Source: a virus
Lineage: Duplodnaviria > Caudoviricetes
Length of the DNA: 52,155 nucleotides
Virus record (IMG/VR): IMGVR_UViG_3300044623_000381
Span: 1 to 52,155 of that record
Reading direction: 5' to 3' (one strand)
Translations under genes and position numbers: made by a program
The notes under the pieces: generated by a model
Told to the model about the DNA's origin: nothing
The model's database searches: none
The model's input: the letters and a program-made list of their open reading frames with translations, nothing else
Shown: positions 19,478-30,100 of the stretch, piece by piece
How positions within the stretch are numbered: position 1 is the stretch's first letter
Layout of the letters: every line of letters begins with the position of its first letter

Positions 19478-19867
19478 ATGAGCGATATAATTTACACCTG
19501 GGACTGCCGTACAGTAGACTGCTACCCGACCAAAGACGAGCAAGGCGTAGAGCTGGATGACGTAGTGTACAACATCCACTGGCGCCTAACAGGAACACAG
19601 GCTGTTGATACCAAGACCTACACCGCTACCGTTATCGGCACGCAGATGGTCTCTGCTGACGACATCGACCCTGCCACCTTCGTTCCCTTCGAAGATCTTA
19701 CCAACGAGATTGCCACAGGATGGTGCACCACATCAATGGGACCAGAGCAGGTAGCAAACCTAGAGACCTCTGTAGCTAACCAAATCGCGAGTCAAATCAA
19801 TCCAACGTCTATAACGTTGGTGATTGGTCAGCCCATACCTCCTACCCCTCCTACTCCAGTAGTTTAG
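19478..19867 (+). CDS. fibre-associated hypothetical protein
   Basis: YTW...DVVYNIHWR...FVPFEDLT...GW pattern; promoter TATATTTG at 19448-19455. Confidence 0.65.
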   Translation: MSDIIYTWDCRTVDCYPTKDEQGVELDDVVYNIHWRLTGTQAVDTKTYTATVIGTQMVSADDIDPATFVPFEDLTNEIATGWCTTSMGPEQVANLETSVANQIASQINPTSITLVIGQPIPPTPPTPVV

Positions 19868-19895
19868 TAGTATATTTGCATAAATAATTAAATAT

Positions 19896-20168
19896 ATGTC
19901 ATCATCATCAACAACACACGTAGCAAAAGAGCTCATCGACACTGTCAAGCAGCTCCAATCATCAATGGAGGCAATCAAGTCTGAGCTTGGCACCATTACA
20001 CTTATCGAATCACGCAAGGCTAAGCTAATCGCCTCCTTCGAGGAGGCTGAGGTGTCTATGAAGGACGTGAGGGAGAAGATCTACAAGGATTACGGAGACG
20101 GAACCATCGACCTCAACACTGGCGAGTTCACCCCCAACGGTGTGCCCGAGGCTGAGATTGTAGAGTAG
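19896..20168 (+). CDS. small coiled-coil protein (possible fibre chaperone)
   Basis: Heptad pattern ending YGDGTIDLNTGEF; promoter TATATTTG at 19871-19878. Confidence 0.65.
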   Translation: MSSSSTTHVAKELIDTVKQLQSSMEAIKSELGTITLIESRKAKLIASFEEAEVSMKDVREKIYKDYGDGTIDLNTGEFTPNGVPEAEIVE

Positions 20169-20226
20169 ATACTGGCACAGGCAGATAGGCCCCTTAGTGT
20201 GGGGCTTATCATAAGCTGGTTAAGGC

Positions 20227-20253
20227 AAAGCCCCGCAAGGGGCTTTTCTTTTT
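20227..20253 (+). terminator. intrinsic terminator
   Basis: AAAGCCCC-GCAA-GGGGCTTT followed by TCTTTTT. Confidence 0.85.
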
Positions 20254-20294
20254 GGCATAACTTTGCACTACTTCAAACCCATTCATTTAAACAG

Positions 20295-20549
20295 ATGAAA
20301 TTTTTTACTTACATAAAAGAAAAACTTATGGGCTTTGCCTCTATCTTTAAAGATGACAACAACTGGAATGAGAAAACCATTATTGGTTTTATGTCATTTG
20401 CTGTAATGGTTATAGTAATGGTTGCGGACGTTGTCTCTGGCGTTATGGGTAAAGACCTAGTTATTAACGAGTTCACTTATAATTCTTTTGTAATCATTAC
20501 CCTAGGATCATTTGGAATCGCAGGACTAGAAAAGTTCGCTAAGAAATGA
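20295..20549 (+). CDS. holin-like two-TM membrane protein
   Basis: Two hydrophobic segments and a basic C-terminus; promoter TAACTTTG at 20258-20265; alternative start at 20328. Confidence 0.55.
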   Translation: MKFFTYIKEKLMGFASIFKDDNNWNEKTIIGFMSFAVMVIVMVADVVSGVMGKDLVINEFTYNSFVIITLGSFGIAGLEKFAKK

Positions 20550-20797
20550 AGATGCCCGTCAACTTTGAGCAGTTCCAAAAGAACCCCACCGCAGCAATAG
20601 CGTTTATTGCATTGGCAGCCGTAGGCTATTTATACATTGATCAGAAGATGAGCAACTCAACAACCGATGAGCGTTGTCAAACAAGAGTGGGTGAGCTTGA
20701 GGTGAAGGTAGAAAAGTACACCGAACACGTCAGACGGCTAGACTCAGCGTTAGCCTACACAAGTGCTAAAAACGAAATGCTAATACAAACACGATGA
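20546..20797 (+). CDS. small membrane-anchored coiled-coil protein
   Basis: TM segment AAIAFIALAAVGYLY followed by a coiled coil; ATGA overlap. Confidence 0.6.
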   Translation: MKMPVNFEQFQKNPTAAIAFIALAAVGYLYIDQKMSNSTTDERCQTRVGELEVKVEKYTEHVRRLDSALAYTSAKNEMLIQTR

Positions 20798-21144
20798 AAG
20801 CCACACAAGCTGCAGTAATTCTGTTAATCCTTCTAATCATTGGTGGAATCCTTAGCGCACAAAAGCCAAAAGTAAAAGTGGTAGATGAGATGGACTTGAT
20901 GATTGAGAAGTCCAACCAAACTATGCGTAAAGCGGCATCCGTATCAAAGAGCGCAGACAATCTAATTGTTGCGGAAGTAAAAGAAATGAAGGCCACCATC
21001 ACAACTTTAGAGGAGGAGAAGGTCGCCCTCGTTGAACAAGTTAAAACAATGCAAGATGAAATCGTTGCTATTAGCGAGCAGCCTGCTGCTTTGCCATTTA
21101 ACGTACTCGCAATCCTACCCGATTCAACGGGTGGAGGGGAGTGA
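20794..21144 (+). CDS. N-terminally anchored coiled-coil protein (i-spanin-like)
   Basis: N-terminal TM and a long helical region; overlaps the next gene in another frame. Confidence 0.5.
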   Translation: MKATQAAVILLILLIIGGILSAQKPKVKVVDEMDLMIEKSNQTMRKAASVSKSADNLIVAEVKEMKATITTLEEEKVALVEQVKTMQDEIVAISEQPAALPFNVLAILPDSTGGGE

Positions 21145-21418
21145 TACGGTAGTCGTTCTTAAGCTGTCTCAGGCAGCGTCTATGAACAGCAAGTTTGTCA
21201 AGCTGAAGAAAGAGATTGACTCTGTAAGCGTAGACTATCGTGGTATGAAGTCTGTTGCCGACTCTCTTGCTACTGAGAACATCAAAACCACAGAGACCCT
21301 ACGTAAAGCCCTTCTAGAGCCTAAGGCTGCAGTCAGTAGGGCAAACGACCAATGGATTGGTGGAATAGCTACGTATCTATGGGGCAGATTTGTATTCTTC
21401 GTATTATTTGAGCAGTGA
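21056..21418 (+). CDS. exported or membrane protein overlapping the upstream gene
   Basis: Signal peptide MKSLLLASSLLLCHLTYS-Q; hydrophobic C-terminus; 89-nt out-of-frame overlap. Confidence 0.5.
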   Translation: MKSLLLASSLLLCHLTYSQSYPIQRVEGSDTVVVLKLSQAASMNSKFVKLKKEIDSVSVDYRGMKSVADSLATENIKTTETLRKALLEPKAAVSRANDQWIGGIATYLWGRFVFFVLFEQ

Positions 21419-21702
21419 TGGAAGAAAGAGTAAAGAACCTCCTTAAGAAGTACGGGTTATCTGGAATTAATAAAGCCAAAGCAACTCCCTCACACCCAAA
21501 GAAGTCGCACATCGTATTAGCTAAGGTCGGAGATAAGGTTCGCCTTATCCGCTTTGGGCAAAAAGGTGCTGACACAGTAACCGAGAGCAATCCTACTGCT
21601 GCTCGTGCTGCAAAGCGTGCGAGCTTTAAGGCTCGGCACGCAAAGAACATCGCCAAGGGTAAGATGAGCGCGGCGTACTGGGCAAACAAAATTAAGTGGT
21701 AG
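21418..21702 (+). CDS. small basic phage protein
   Basis: IRFGQKG...RASFKARH...SAAYWA...W pattern. Confidence 0.7.
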   Translation: MEERVKNLLKKYGLSGINKAKATPSHPKKSHIVLAKVGDKVRLIRFGQKGADTVTESNPTAARAAKRASFKARHAKNIAKGKMSAAYWANKIKW

Positions 21703-21705
21703 GTC

Positions 21706-22083
21706 GTGAAGGTTGCTAAAAAAACAAACCCAGAACTTTGGGAGAAGTCAAAGGCTCAGGCTAAGGCTAAGATGGGCGGAAAGCACTCAGCTAGAGCTAT
21801 GCAGCTTGCTGTTTCTATCTACAAGAAAGCAGGCGGAGGATACTCCGGCGCAAAGACGAAGACAAGCCTCAGCAAGTGGACCAAGCAGAACTGGCGCACC
21901 AAGAGCGGCAAGCCATCAGGCGAGACAGGAGAACGCTACCTTCCAGAGAAGGCAATCAAATCATTAAGCTCTAAAGAGTACGCAGCCACCACCCGCGCTA
22001 AGCGCGAGGGGACTGAGAAAGGCAAGCAATTCGTTGCCCAACCCAAGGCTATTGCCAAGAAAATCGCTCGGTTCCGTAAGTAG
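21706..22083 (+). CDS. small basic phage protein
   Basis: SARAMQL...YKKAGGGY...KWTKQNWRTKSGKPS..TGERYLP pattern; GTG start. Confidence 0.7.
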   Translation: MKVAKKTNPELWEKSKAQAKAKMGGKHSARAMQLAVSIYKKAGGGYSGAKTKTSLSKWTKQNWRTKSGKPSGETGERYLPEKAIKSLSSKEYAATTRAKREGTEKGKQFVAQPKAIAKKIARFRK

Positions 22084-22161
22084 CCATATACGAAACTGTT
22101 GCAAAATATGCAATAGTTATTTGAACTAATTTTGCGTTATTAATAACAAAATTTATTTTAT

Positions 22162-23292
22162 ATGAGCAATGACATTGAAAGCGCTCTAAGCGCAATGGGA
22201 TACGAGGTAACCAGCGGAGAGGTGCCAGAGGGAACGCCACTAGACGCCCCCACCTTCTCAGTACCTGAGGGAGCAGAGGTTTTAGACTTTAGCAATCAAG
22301 TTGCAGAGTCTACACCAGAGCAACCAGAGGCCGCACCGCAGGAGACCTACGAACCCCAACAGCAACTAGAACAGGAGTCTGTTCAAAGTTCTTTTACAAA
22401 TGAACCCGAGCCAGAGATGTCTGAGCAAGAGTTCGAGGCTGCAGTCGCAAGCTACGTCAGTGAAAAGCTAGGCGTATCTATCGATAGCATCGAACATCTT
22501 ACCCAGCTTCTTGAAGCTCAAAAAGCCCCATCAATTGACGAGAGAATAAAGGCAATCGCCGACTTCGTTGAAGAGACAGGACGTGATCCACTTGACTGGT
22601 TTAGATACCAGTCAATTAATCCGTCTGAAATGGATGAGCTCAGCGCTGTGAAACTGCAGCTAGCTGTTGACTATCCTAATCTCTCTAATGAAGACATCGA
22701 TTTACTGGTGAGGTCCAAGTACAAAGTAGACGAGGACCTATACAGTAATGAAGAGATTCGGTTGTCGAGTATCCAATTGAAGATTGATGCGGACAAAGCT
22801 AAACGGGACATCGAGAAATTGCGCGACAATTATCGTATGCCTGTGAAGCAAGAAGTCTCAAATAACGAAGTTCAAAGTCCCATTGACGAGAACTGGATTC
22901 GCACGATGAGCCAAGAGGTTGATGCCCTTGAGGCGCTAAGCTTTCAGCTTGGCGACCAAGAGTTCAACTTTGGGCTTAACGACCAGTACAAGTCGAGCTT
23001 AAAGGATAAGAACGCACGTCTTGATGAGTTCTTCGATCAGTATGTCGATAACAGCGGAGGCTGGGACTTCGAGCTGCTGAACTCTCACCGAGCCCTAGTA
23101 GATAACATTGATGAAATTGTCAGTTCTATCTACAAACAGGGCCTTAGTGATGGCCAGCGCAAACTCGTAGAAACTGCCGCGAATGTAGATGTCTCATCTC
23201 CACGTCCCGCTGATTCAAAGAATGCTGATTCTGTCTCTGCTCAGATACTAAACTATCTAAGCAATAGCGACAGTCTTCGTCTAAAAATATAA
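22162..23292 (+). CDS. capsid scaffolding/assembly protein
   Basis: Acidic disordered N-terminus, helical body, immediately upstream of the capsid gene; promoter TAATTTTG at 22127-22134. Confidence 0.65.
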   Translation: MSNDIESALSAMGYEVTSGEVPEGTPLDAPTFSVPEGAEVLDFSNQVAESTPEQPEAAPQETYEPQQQLEQESVQSSFTNEPEPEMSEQEFEAAVASYVSEKLGVSIDSIEHLTQLLEAQKAPSIDERIKAIADFVEETGRDPLDWFRYQSINPSEMDELSAVKLQLAVDYPNLSNEDIDLLVRSKYKVDEDLYSNEEIRLSSIQLKIDADKAKRDIEKLRDNYRMPVKQEVSNNEVQSPIDENWIRTMSQEVDALEALSFQLGDQEFNFGLNDQYKSSLKDKNARLDEFFDQYVDNSGGWDFELLNSHRALVDNIDEIVSSIYKQGLSDGQRKLVETAANVDVSSPRPADSKNADSVSAQILNYLSNSDSLRLKI

Positions 23293-23315
23293 AAACGCCT
23301 AACACATAAAACAAA

Positions 23316-24734
23316 ATGGCAACTACAAATACCCCGTTGGATTTTTCTCCCAACAGTTTTCGTCGGTTAGACCCGACCAAATACACTTCACTCGGTGATT
23401 TCATCGATGAAGTAAACAAGCCCGACAACCGTGATCTTCTCGTTAAGACCTACGGTAACCAAGGCATCACAGGCTTCCTTCAGATGGTAGGAGCTGTCAA
23501 ATCTAACGGTGCTGCCGATGAGGTTCAGTACTGGGAGGAGACTCGCTTGCACCAGCTTCAGGTTGCTACCCTTTCTGCTACTGCTGCAACTGGAGCTACT
23601 ACCCTGACCCTTAACCTTGCATCTGCTGCTGCTACTGCAACTGGATCTACCAAGGCTGCTGCTCAGAAGTATCTTCGCGTTAACGACGTGATTTTGGTTG
23701 GTGGTGTAGACCGCTTCATCATCACTGCTGTTTCTTCTGGCGAATACTCTCAGACAGCTACTGCTGCCGCTACTGCTGTTGCTCTTACCTCTGGCGGCTT
23801 AAGTGCTACAGCCGCTACTGCTGCTGCTAACTACCCCATCGTTGGTAATATGTTTGCTCAGGGAACTGATCAAAACACTGGATACCTAGAATCAAACGTT
23901 GTTAAGCGTACGAACCCATACCAGATCATCAAAGAGGTCTACAAGGTTACCGGTTCACAGGCTACCAACATTGGCTGGGTAAACCTAGGAAATGGCGACT
24001 ACCGCTGGTTCATCAAGTCTGAGAACGACACCCGTCAACGCTTCCTCGACAAGCGTGAGATGATGATGTTGCTTGGACAGCAAGTTACCAACACATCAGC
24101 TACTGGTCTTGGTTCTATTGCTGGATCTGAAGGTTACTTCTCTGCTATCGCTGATCGTGGTGTTGTTGTTAACTCTGGTGCAACCACTACTGCTGCTATC
24201 GCTACGCTTGACGAGCTTGATGTTCTCATCACCGCTCTTGACAAGCAAGGCTCTATGCCTGAGTACGCTATGTACGTTAACCGCCTCCAAGACCTTGCCA
24301 TTGACGATATGATCGCTCAGGGTACGTCTACGGCTGCTAACATCACCGCTGGTGTTACTACTCAGTTCGGACAGTTTGCTAACGCTGCAGATATGGTGAA
24401 GCTTGGCTTCTCTTCATTTATGCGTGGCTCTTACACCTTCCACAAGCACAGCTGGAAGCTCCTCAACGATCCTACGTTGTTGGGCGCTAGCAACTTCCAA
24501 GGTGTTATGATTCCGTTGACCAACGTTGCTGATCCTCGCACTGGAGAGAAGTCTCCAGCTCTTGAGCTCAACTACAAGGCCACGAATGGTTACAACCGCG
24601 AAATGGAGCACTGGATGACAGGTTCTATTCTTGGAGTTACCAATAGCAACACGGACGCTTTGCAGTTTAACTACCGCTCAGAGTTCGCACTAGTTACTCG
24701 CGCTGCTAACCAGCACGTGCTTTTGACTAAGTAA
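23316..24734 (+). CDS. major capsid protein
   Basis: 472 aa; strongly biased high-expression codons (GCT/ACT); follows the scaffold gene and is followed by a strong terminator. Confidence 0.8.
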   Translation: MATTNTPLDFSPNSFRRLDPTKYTSLGDFIDEVNKPDNRDLLVKTYGNQGITGFLQMVGAVKSNGAADEVQYWEETRLHQLQVATLSATAATGATTLTLNLASAAATATGSTKAAAQKYLRVNDVILVGGVDRFIITAVSSGEYSQTATAAATAVALTSGGLSATAATAAANYPIVGNMFAQGTDQNTGYLESNVVKRTNPYQIIKEVYKVTGSQATNIGWVNLGNGDYRWFIKSENDTRQRFLDKREMMMLLGQQVTNTSATGLGSIAGSEGYFSAIADRGVVVNSGATTTAAIATLDELDVLITALDKQGSMPEYAMYVNRLQDLAIDDMIAQGTSTAANITAGVTTQFGQFANAADMVKLGFSSFMRGSYTFHKHSWKLLNDPTLLGASNFQGVMIPLTNVADPRTGEKSPALELNYKATNGYNREMEHWMTGSILGVTNSNTDALQFNYRSEFALVTRAANQHVLLTK

Positions 24735-24754
24735 TCAACAGCTTTGTTGATAGG

Positions 24755-24778
24755 AAGGGGGCTTAGGCCCCCTTTTTT
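24755..24778 (+). terminator. intrinsic terminator after the capsid gene
   Basis: AAGGGGGC-TTAG-GCCCCCTT followed by TTTT. Confidence 0.85.
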
Positions 24779-24846
24779 ATTGCCAAATTTTCGCTTTGCA
24801 TAGAAGTGTAATTTTGCATAATTATTAATTATAATTCTATTTAACT

Positions 24847-25605
24847 ATGGCACGTCCAGCACGAGCGTCTGCAGCTCCTAAAGCAGAAGAAAGAAAGGGA
24901 AAGATTTTCTCCATCCCCAGTGGTGGCGGAATAATTTCCACAGTAAAGTCAGAGGCAATCATCTACGATCCCGAGACTAATACCAACAGACAGATACGTT
25001 ACTGCCCCAACGAGTCTTCTATCTTTGCCGACGAGCAGAGCAGCCTAGCTGTTCGCCGTCACGTTATCTTCGAGGGTGGGCTACTCTACGCTCCTGCTAA
25101 CCAGCCTAACCTGCTTAAATTCCTAGATCTTCACCCCGCCAACCGCGCAAACGGTGGCGGCTTGTTCGAGGAGGTAAACACCGAAAATAACGCAGAGGTT
25201 GATATCAACGTAGAGTTCCTTCTCCACGATGCCATCGGCCTGATTCGTAGCAAGTCCGTAGACGAGCTTATTCCTGTCGCTATATGGTTAGGTATCGACA
25301 CTGGCCAGAAGAACGCTGAGATCAAGCGTGAGCTACTCCTAGAGGCTAAGGGGAACCCTAAGCGCTTCATTGATCTATTCGATAACCCAACAGTTACCAC
25401 CAGGGCCAACGTTAAGAAAGCTGTTGACTTCCAGATGCTGCTTGCCCGTGAGGACGGTATGTACTGGTTCGACAGCAACCGCTTGATTGTCGCTACTCCA
25501 GTGGGTCAGGACACCGTAAGTGTTATGACTCAGTTCTGTATGACTGAGAAGGGCGGAACAGCTTACGAAACTTTAAAGACAGAGTTGCAAAAGTTGGAGC
25601 AATAG
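24847..25605 (+). CDS. hypothetical protein downstream of the capsid gene
   Basis: Own promoter TAATTTTG at 24809-24816; clean 252-aa ORF. Confidence 0.7.
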   Translation: MARPARASAAPKAEERKGKIFSIPSGGGIISTVKSEAIIYDPETNTNRQIRYCPNESSIFADEQSSLAVRRHVIFEGGLLYAPANQPNLLKFLDLHPANRANGGGLFEEVNTENNAEVDINVEFLLHDAIGLIRSKSVDELIPVAIWLGIDTGQKNAEIKRELLLEAKGNPKRFIDLFDNPTVTTRANVKKAVDFQMLLAREDGMYWFDSNRLIVATPVGQDTVSVMTQFCMTEKGGTAYETLKTELQKLEQ

Positions 25606-25620
25606 CGTATATTTGCACCC

Positions 25621-25694
25621 TACACTGAACCTCGTTTCATAGGTTAATTGTTGATTGGTTGGAAAGGGCTCTAGAAATGGAGCCCTTTTCTTTT
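25621..25694 (+). ncRNA. candidate ~70-nt small RNA with an anti-start-codon loop
   Basis: Promoter TTG (25585)-20 nt-TATATTTG (25608-25615); no ORF; hairpin AACCT-CGTTTCAT-AGGTT; terminator at 25663-25694. Confidence 0.55.
25663..25694 (+). terminator. intrinsic terminator with a GAAA tetraloop
   Basis: AAAGGGCTCTA-GAAA-TGGAGCCCTTT followed by TCTTTT; next promoter TACTTTTG at 25699-25706. Confidence 0.85.
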
Positions 25695-25728
25695 GTTGTA
25701 CTTTTGTATGAACTACAGATATTAAGAT

Positions 25729-26442
25729 ATGGCATCAGTAAACCGCGTATATTCAGCCCTGAAAGATCTGGTCAACAAGGACCAGCGTGGCTTTGTTACG
25801 CCTGCTGTTTTCAATAACTTCGCTCAGGTGGCGCAGATGAACTTGTTTAACAAGTTATTTAGCGATGCTGCACTCGATAAGAGACTACGTCAGGCGCAGC
25901 TTGATGCAGGAAGAGACAAGTCAAGGGTAAAGCAAAGCAACGAAGACCTCTCGTACTTCTCTAAGAAGTCAACCATCAGTTTAACCACTGGGGTTGGCGC
26001 AAAGCCAACCGACCTTGCAAGGATTATCTCTATACTATCCACCGACTCACCAGCGAAGAGCCTTGCGCTTATCTACGACGAGGAGAAGCTAGAGTACATC
26101 CTAAGGTCTACCCTCAGTGCCCCTACAACGGCGTTTCCTGCTGCTATGGTGGGAGACAGCGTATATGTGTACCCAACTAGTATAGCAAGCGTTATTATGC
26201 GCTACTACAAGACCCCACAGGGTCTTGTTCCGTCCACTGGCGCACGCACCACGGCATCGCCTAAGTTTGGCTATACTGTTGTCGCAGGAAAAGAGGTTTA
26301 TGATGCCACCAACAGCGTTGACTTCGAGCTACCAGAACACTACTTCGCGGAGTTAGTTGTCGAGGTTGCAAAGCTTATAGGGGTCAACCTACGCGACACT
26401 GACGTTTACACTTACGCTAAACAAGAAACTCAACAGCAATAA
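25729..26442 (+). CDS. tail tubular/ring protein
   Basis: NKDQRGFVTPAVFN and FELPEHYFAELV motifs; position after the capsid module. Confidence 0.7.
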   Translation: MASVNRVYSALKDLVNKDQRGFVTPAVFNNFAQVAQMNLFNKLFSDAALDKRLRQAQLDAGRDKSRVKQSNEDLSYFSKKSTISLTTGVGAKPTDLARIISILSTDSPAKSLALIYDEEKLEYILRSTLSAPTTAFPAAMVGDSVYVYPTSIASVIMRYYKTPQGLVPSTGARTTASPKFGYTVVAGKEVYDATNSVDFELPEHYFAELVVEVAKLIGVNLRDTDVYTYAKQETQQQ

Positions 26443-27185
26443 TGGCACAGGATACCGTATCACTTGAGCAGGTCATTACGGACTTCGTCATATCGATGGA
26501 GAGTGATGACTATGCAAATACCGCCTCAGACACCCTTATTCGCAACCTAGCGCTAAGAGGTATCAGAGAGATGGGATTCGACATCCTGAAGCGCCTAAAG
26601 GCCACTGAGCTCAACATAGACTTAAGCACCAACACAGTGACGTTGCCAAACGATTATGTTGACTTAGTAAAAATTGGAATAGTAGGATCAGATGGACTTG
26701 TATATATATTCGGAGAGAACAAAAACAAAAACATACTCGCTAACCAGCAGCCATATCAGATTCCTGATTACCTGCTTGGCTTTGACGACTTTATTTACCG
26801 CAACTATGTGTACGCCACAACCAATGGCCGCTTATACGGCTATGGTGGTGGCCACTACAGCGGAGAGTACCGAATAAACACAGAGCAGAACAGGATAGAG
26901 CTAACCACTGGCACTAGTGTAGACACCGTTTACCTAGAGTACATTGCAGACGAGGCTCGTGCAGCGAGCCCCACCATCCACATCTACGCAGAGCAGGCCC
27001 TGAGGGCGTACATCTACAACCATCTCATCGAGCGCAAGAGTAATGTCCCATTAGGAGAGAAGGCTCGTGCGCGTCAGGAGTACTACACCGAGCGCCGTCT
27101 AGCAAACTCACGACTAAAGTCATTCTCTAAGGATGAAGCACTGAAGACGATTCGCAAGAATTTCAAGCAATCTCCTAAGTACTAG
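26442..27185 (+). CDS. second tail ring/adaptor protein
   Basis: LPNDYV..KIG and VYLEYIAD motifs; TAATG coupling. Confidence 0.65.
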   Translation: MAQDTVSLEQVITDFVISMESDDYANTASDTLIRNLALRGIREMGFDILKRLKATELNIDLSTNTVTLPNDYVDLVKIGIVGSDGLVYIFGENKNKNILANQQPYQIPDYLLGFDDFIYRNYVYATTNGRLYGYGGGHYSGEYRINTEQNRIELTTGTSVDTVYLEYIADEARAASPTIHIYAEQALRAYIYNHLIERKSNVPLGEKARARQEYYTERRLANSRLKSFSKDEALKTIRKNFKQSPKY

Positions 27186-27191
27186 TAACTT

Positions 27192-30100
27192 ATGATTGAA
27201 AAACTCATACCGCGATACCTTAACAAGGACGATGATGCCCGCCTAATTAAAAGCATAGAGATGACAGACGCACTTAATGTGCGTGTCTCGTCTGAGGAGA
27301 ATGGCGATGGAGGTGTTGTCAAGAACGCTTTTGGTAACTCAGCTGTTGTATTTCGCTCTGGTAACAACTGGCAGGGATTACCTCACGCCCTACCCGCTCC
27401 AACAAATAAAGTTGTAGGTTCCGTAAGCGACCTAAAGAATGGAGTAATCATATACTTTTTGTATAACAGCAATGGTGATCATTCAATCTATAGGTTTACC
27501 ACTTCACAAAATAATGTAGAGCTAGTCTACCGCGACAGCGTGCTGGCCTTCCAGTCTGACAGCTTCGTAAAGGGAGATGTGATCAATAACCTCTATAACG
27601 AGGTTCTTCTTTACTTCACCGATGGTATAACTCCACCAAAGAAGATTAACGTAACCAGAGCGATTATAGGGGGCTATTCAGAGGTCATCACCAACGGGAC
27701 AGACGAGCAGAAGCTAGAGTTCATTACGTTGGCTAAGAAGCCACCTCTAGACCCACCCACCTACGAGTTCTTTACCGATACAACTGTTGACGATAACAAC
27801 ATCTACGAGGATAATTTTCAGTTTGCCTATCAATATGTTTATCTAGACGGTGAGTACTCAGCGTTGTCTAAGTATACCGACCTAGCTGTTGCTCAGAACC
27901 AGTACCTAGACGGCTTTATTGAAGAGGATCAGAAAAATGAGTATAACGCTATACGTATCTCAGTAGAGTCTTCAATAGCCGATGTAAAGACTATTAAAGT
28001 ATTAGGGCGCAGAGGAAATACTGGTCCTTGGTTTATTGCGGGCGAGATTTCAAATCCCGCCCTTGCAAGTCCAGCTACATTATATATTGAATTTAGGAAT
28101 GATAAACTATATAGGTTTATTTCCCAAGATGATGCGAACAAGATTTATGATGCTGTTCCGCTTACCGCTCAGTCTCAGACCATTTCAGGTTCAAGATTGT
28201 TCTTGGGCAACTACACCGAAGGATACCCAAATCTTCGAATTGATTCAGCAATAATTCCAAACTACGAGAAGGAGGCTCAGGTAATTAATATACCTGTAGA
28301 AACCATTGGCCAGACTGTGACTCCAAACTTTATGGGTCCAGTAAAAGAAATACGTGCAGATATTTCATCTATCCCCGCAGGAGGTGTAACCGCTGATAGT
28401 ATATTAATCATTGATTTCTCTATTGATTTAGGTCGTGTGGAGCTATATGCTCCGGGATACTTTTTTAATTTTGTATCACTAAACGAAAACTTATTAAAAG
28501 TTTACGGCGGTGCCCTTATAGAAAGTTTCGTATACACATCTGCGTTTCCCGTATCGATATACAAAAAGCAATTCGTTCCTGCGGGTACATCGTACAACGA
28601 CATCATTGTATTGATTCAAGCGGAGATAGAGGACAGATACGCTATACTCTTTGGAACAGACACCACAAATCTAGGTCTTGCTAGTCGATTTAGCGCTGCC
28701 GTTGTTCCCAATAATGCTGGGCGTCAAGATCAAAAGTTCTTTAATAACTATGGATTTTTTACTGGATCAGGAACACTAGAGATTGACTCAACTGGCGTAA
28801 GTGGTAATTATGCAAACTTTGTGTTAAGCATACGAGATACTACAATGAGTATGCAGTTCTTGTGTGGTGCTGTCAGCAGCAATCCAAACATCCAAGACTC
28901 TATAAACATTTTTGAAACAGATAACGTAGTTTATAATGGCGATGACAATCAATACACTAAATATCTTGGCATCCTTGATATTATTTCAACAACCGTTGTA
29001 CAGCCAGAGCCTAATAGCACTACTGGAGTTTTTTCATCCAACAGCAAATTTTCTTCTGTCTTAACATCTTCTTCGTTTCTTTCTAGCTTTATCGAGGGAG
29101 TAAAACAATTTAAATCTGGCGCGTCTCACGAGCTTGGGATTGTATTTTATGACGATCGAGGTCGTTCATCAGGCGTTCAGACGCTAAGCAGTCCATATGT
29201 AGAGTGGTATTCTGATAGGCAATATAAGGGGGCTGTATCTATTGTAATGCGAATTAAAAGCCAAGGACCATCTTGGGCTAGAAAGTGGGCGCCTGTATAC
29301 GCCAAGCGTGGGTCCATAGATAGGTTTATCCAGTATTCTGTTATTGATGGATTCATTGCCTCAAATCCAGACGCTGATATTTCCACAATATACTCAAATC
29401 AAAATTCAATTTACCTTTCAATGAGATCTTTGGAGGGCAAAGACAGCTCCTACATAAATGGTAAAGATGCAAACCTTTCATATGAATATACGGACGGAGA
29501 CAAACTAAGGGTAGTTTCATATATTGACGACTCTACAATTACGTTAACAATATCATCAGTAGTAGGCAACATAGAAGTTGGAGACGTATTGCTTGGATTT
29601 GGTCTACAGGGATTTTTTTTCTTTACTATTACTAGTATAAACCTTGTCGGTGGGGTAGGAACTATTCAGGGAACATCAACCCTACCGATTGGCTCAATGC
29701 CTTCTGCTTCTGCAATTTTTAATCCAGATCCAACTAATAGCGTTCAAGTTAACTACACCGCAATATCTGAATCAGAGCAAAAAATATATCCATCAATATC
29801 ATATTTCAATGTATTGGGCTATAGTAATTTTACCGATGACCCAGACACAAACCCAGTATTAAATAGGTCCAATGACGATACTATTTTCAATAGCACTGGG
29901 CAGTTCTTGGTTTTAGAGAACAATGATGGCGCTATTGGATTTAATGCCCAGTCAATTGCTCAAGGTACATCTGTATGGGGTAATAGGTGTATCGTTGAAA
30001 TTTATCGCACAAGAAAAGAGCAATCCGAAGAAGTTTACTACGAAATAGGCGAATCATATAATGTCACAAATGGTTTTCTTTCTAGCGATAGAAATATTGT

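Noticed and set aside
653-20294. Upstream starts in the ORF track at 653, 4234, 6279, 14022 and 20199
   Set aside because: Each extension runs across a promoter, a terminator or the previous gene. ATGs at 731, 4288, 6396, 14058 and 20295 fit better.
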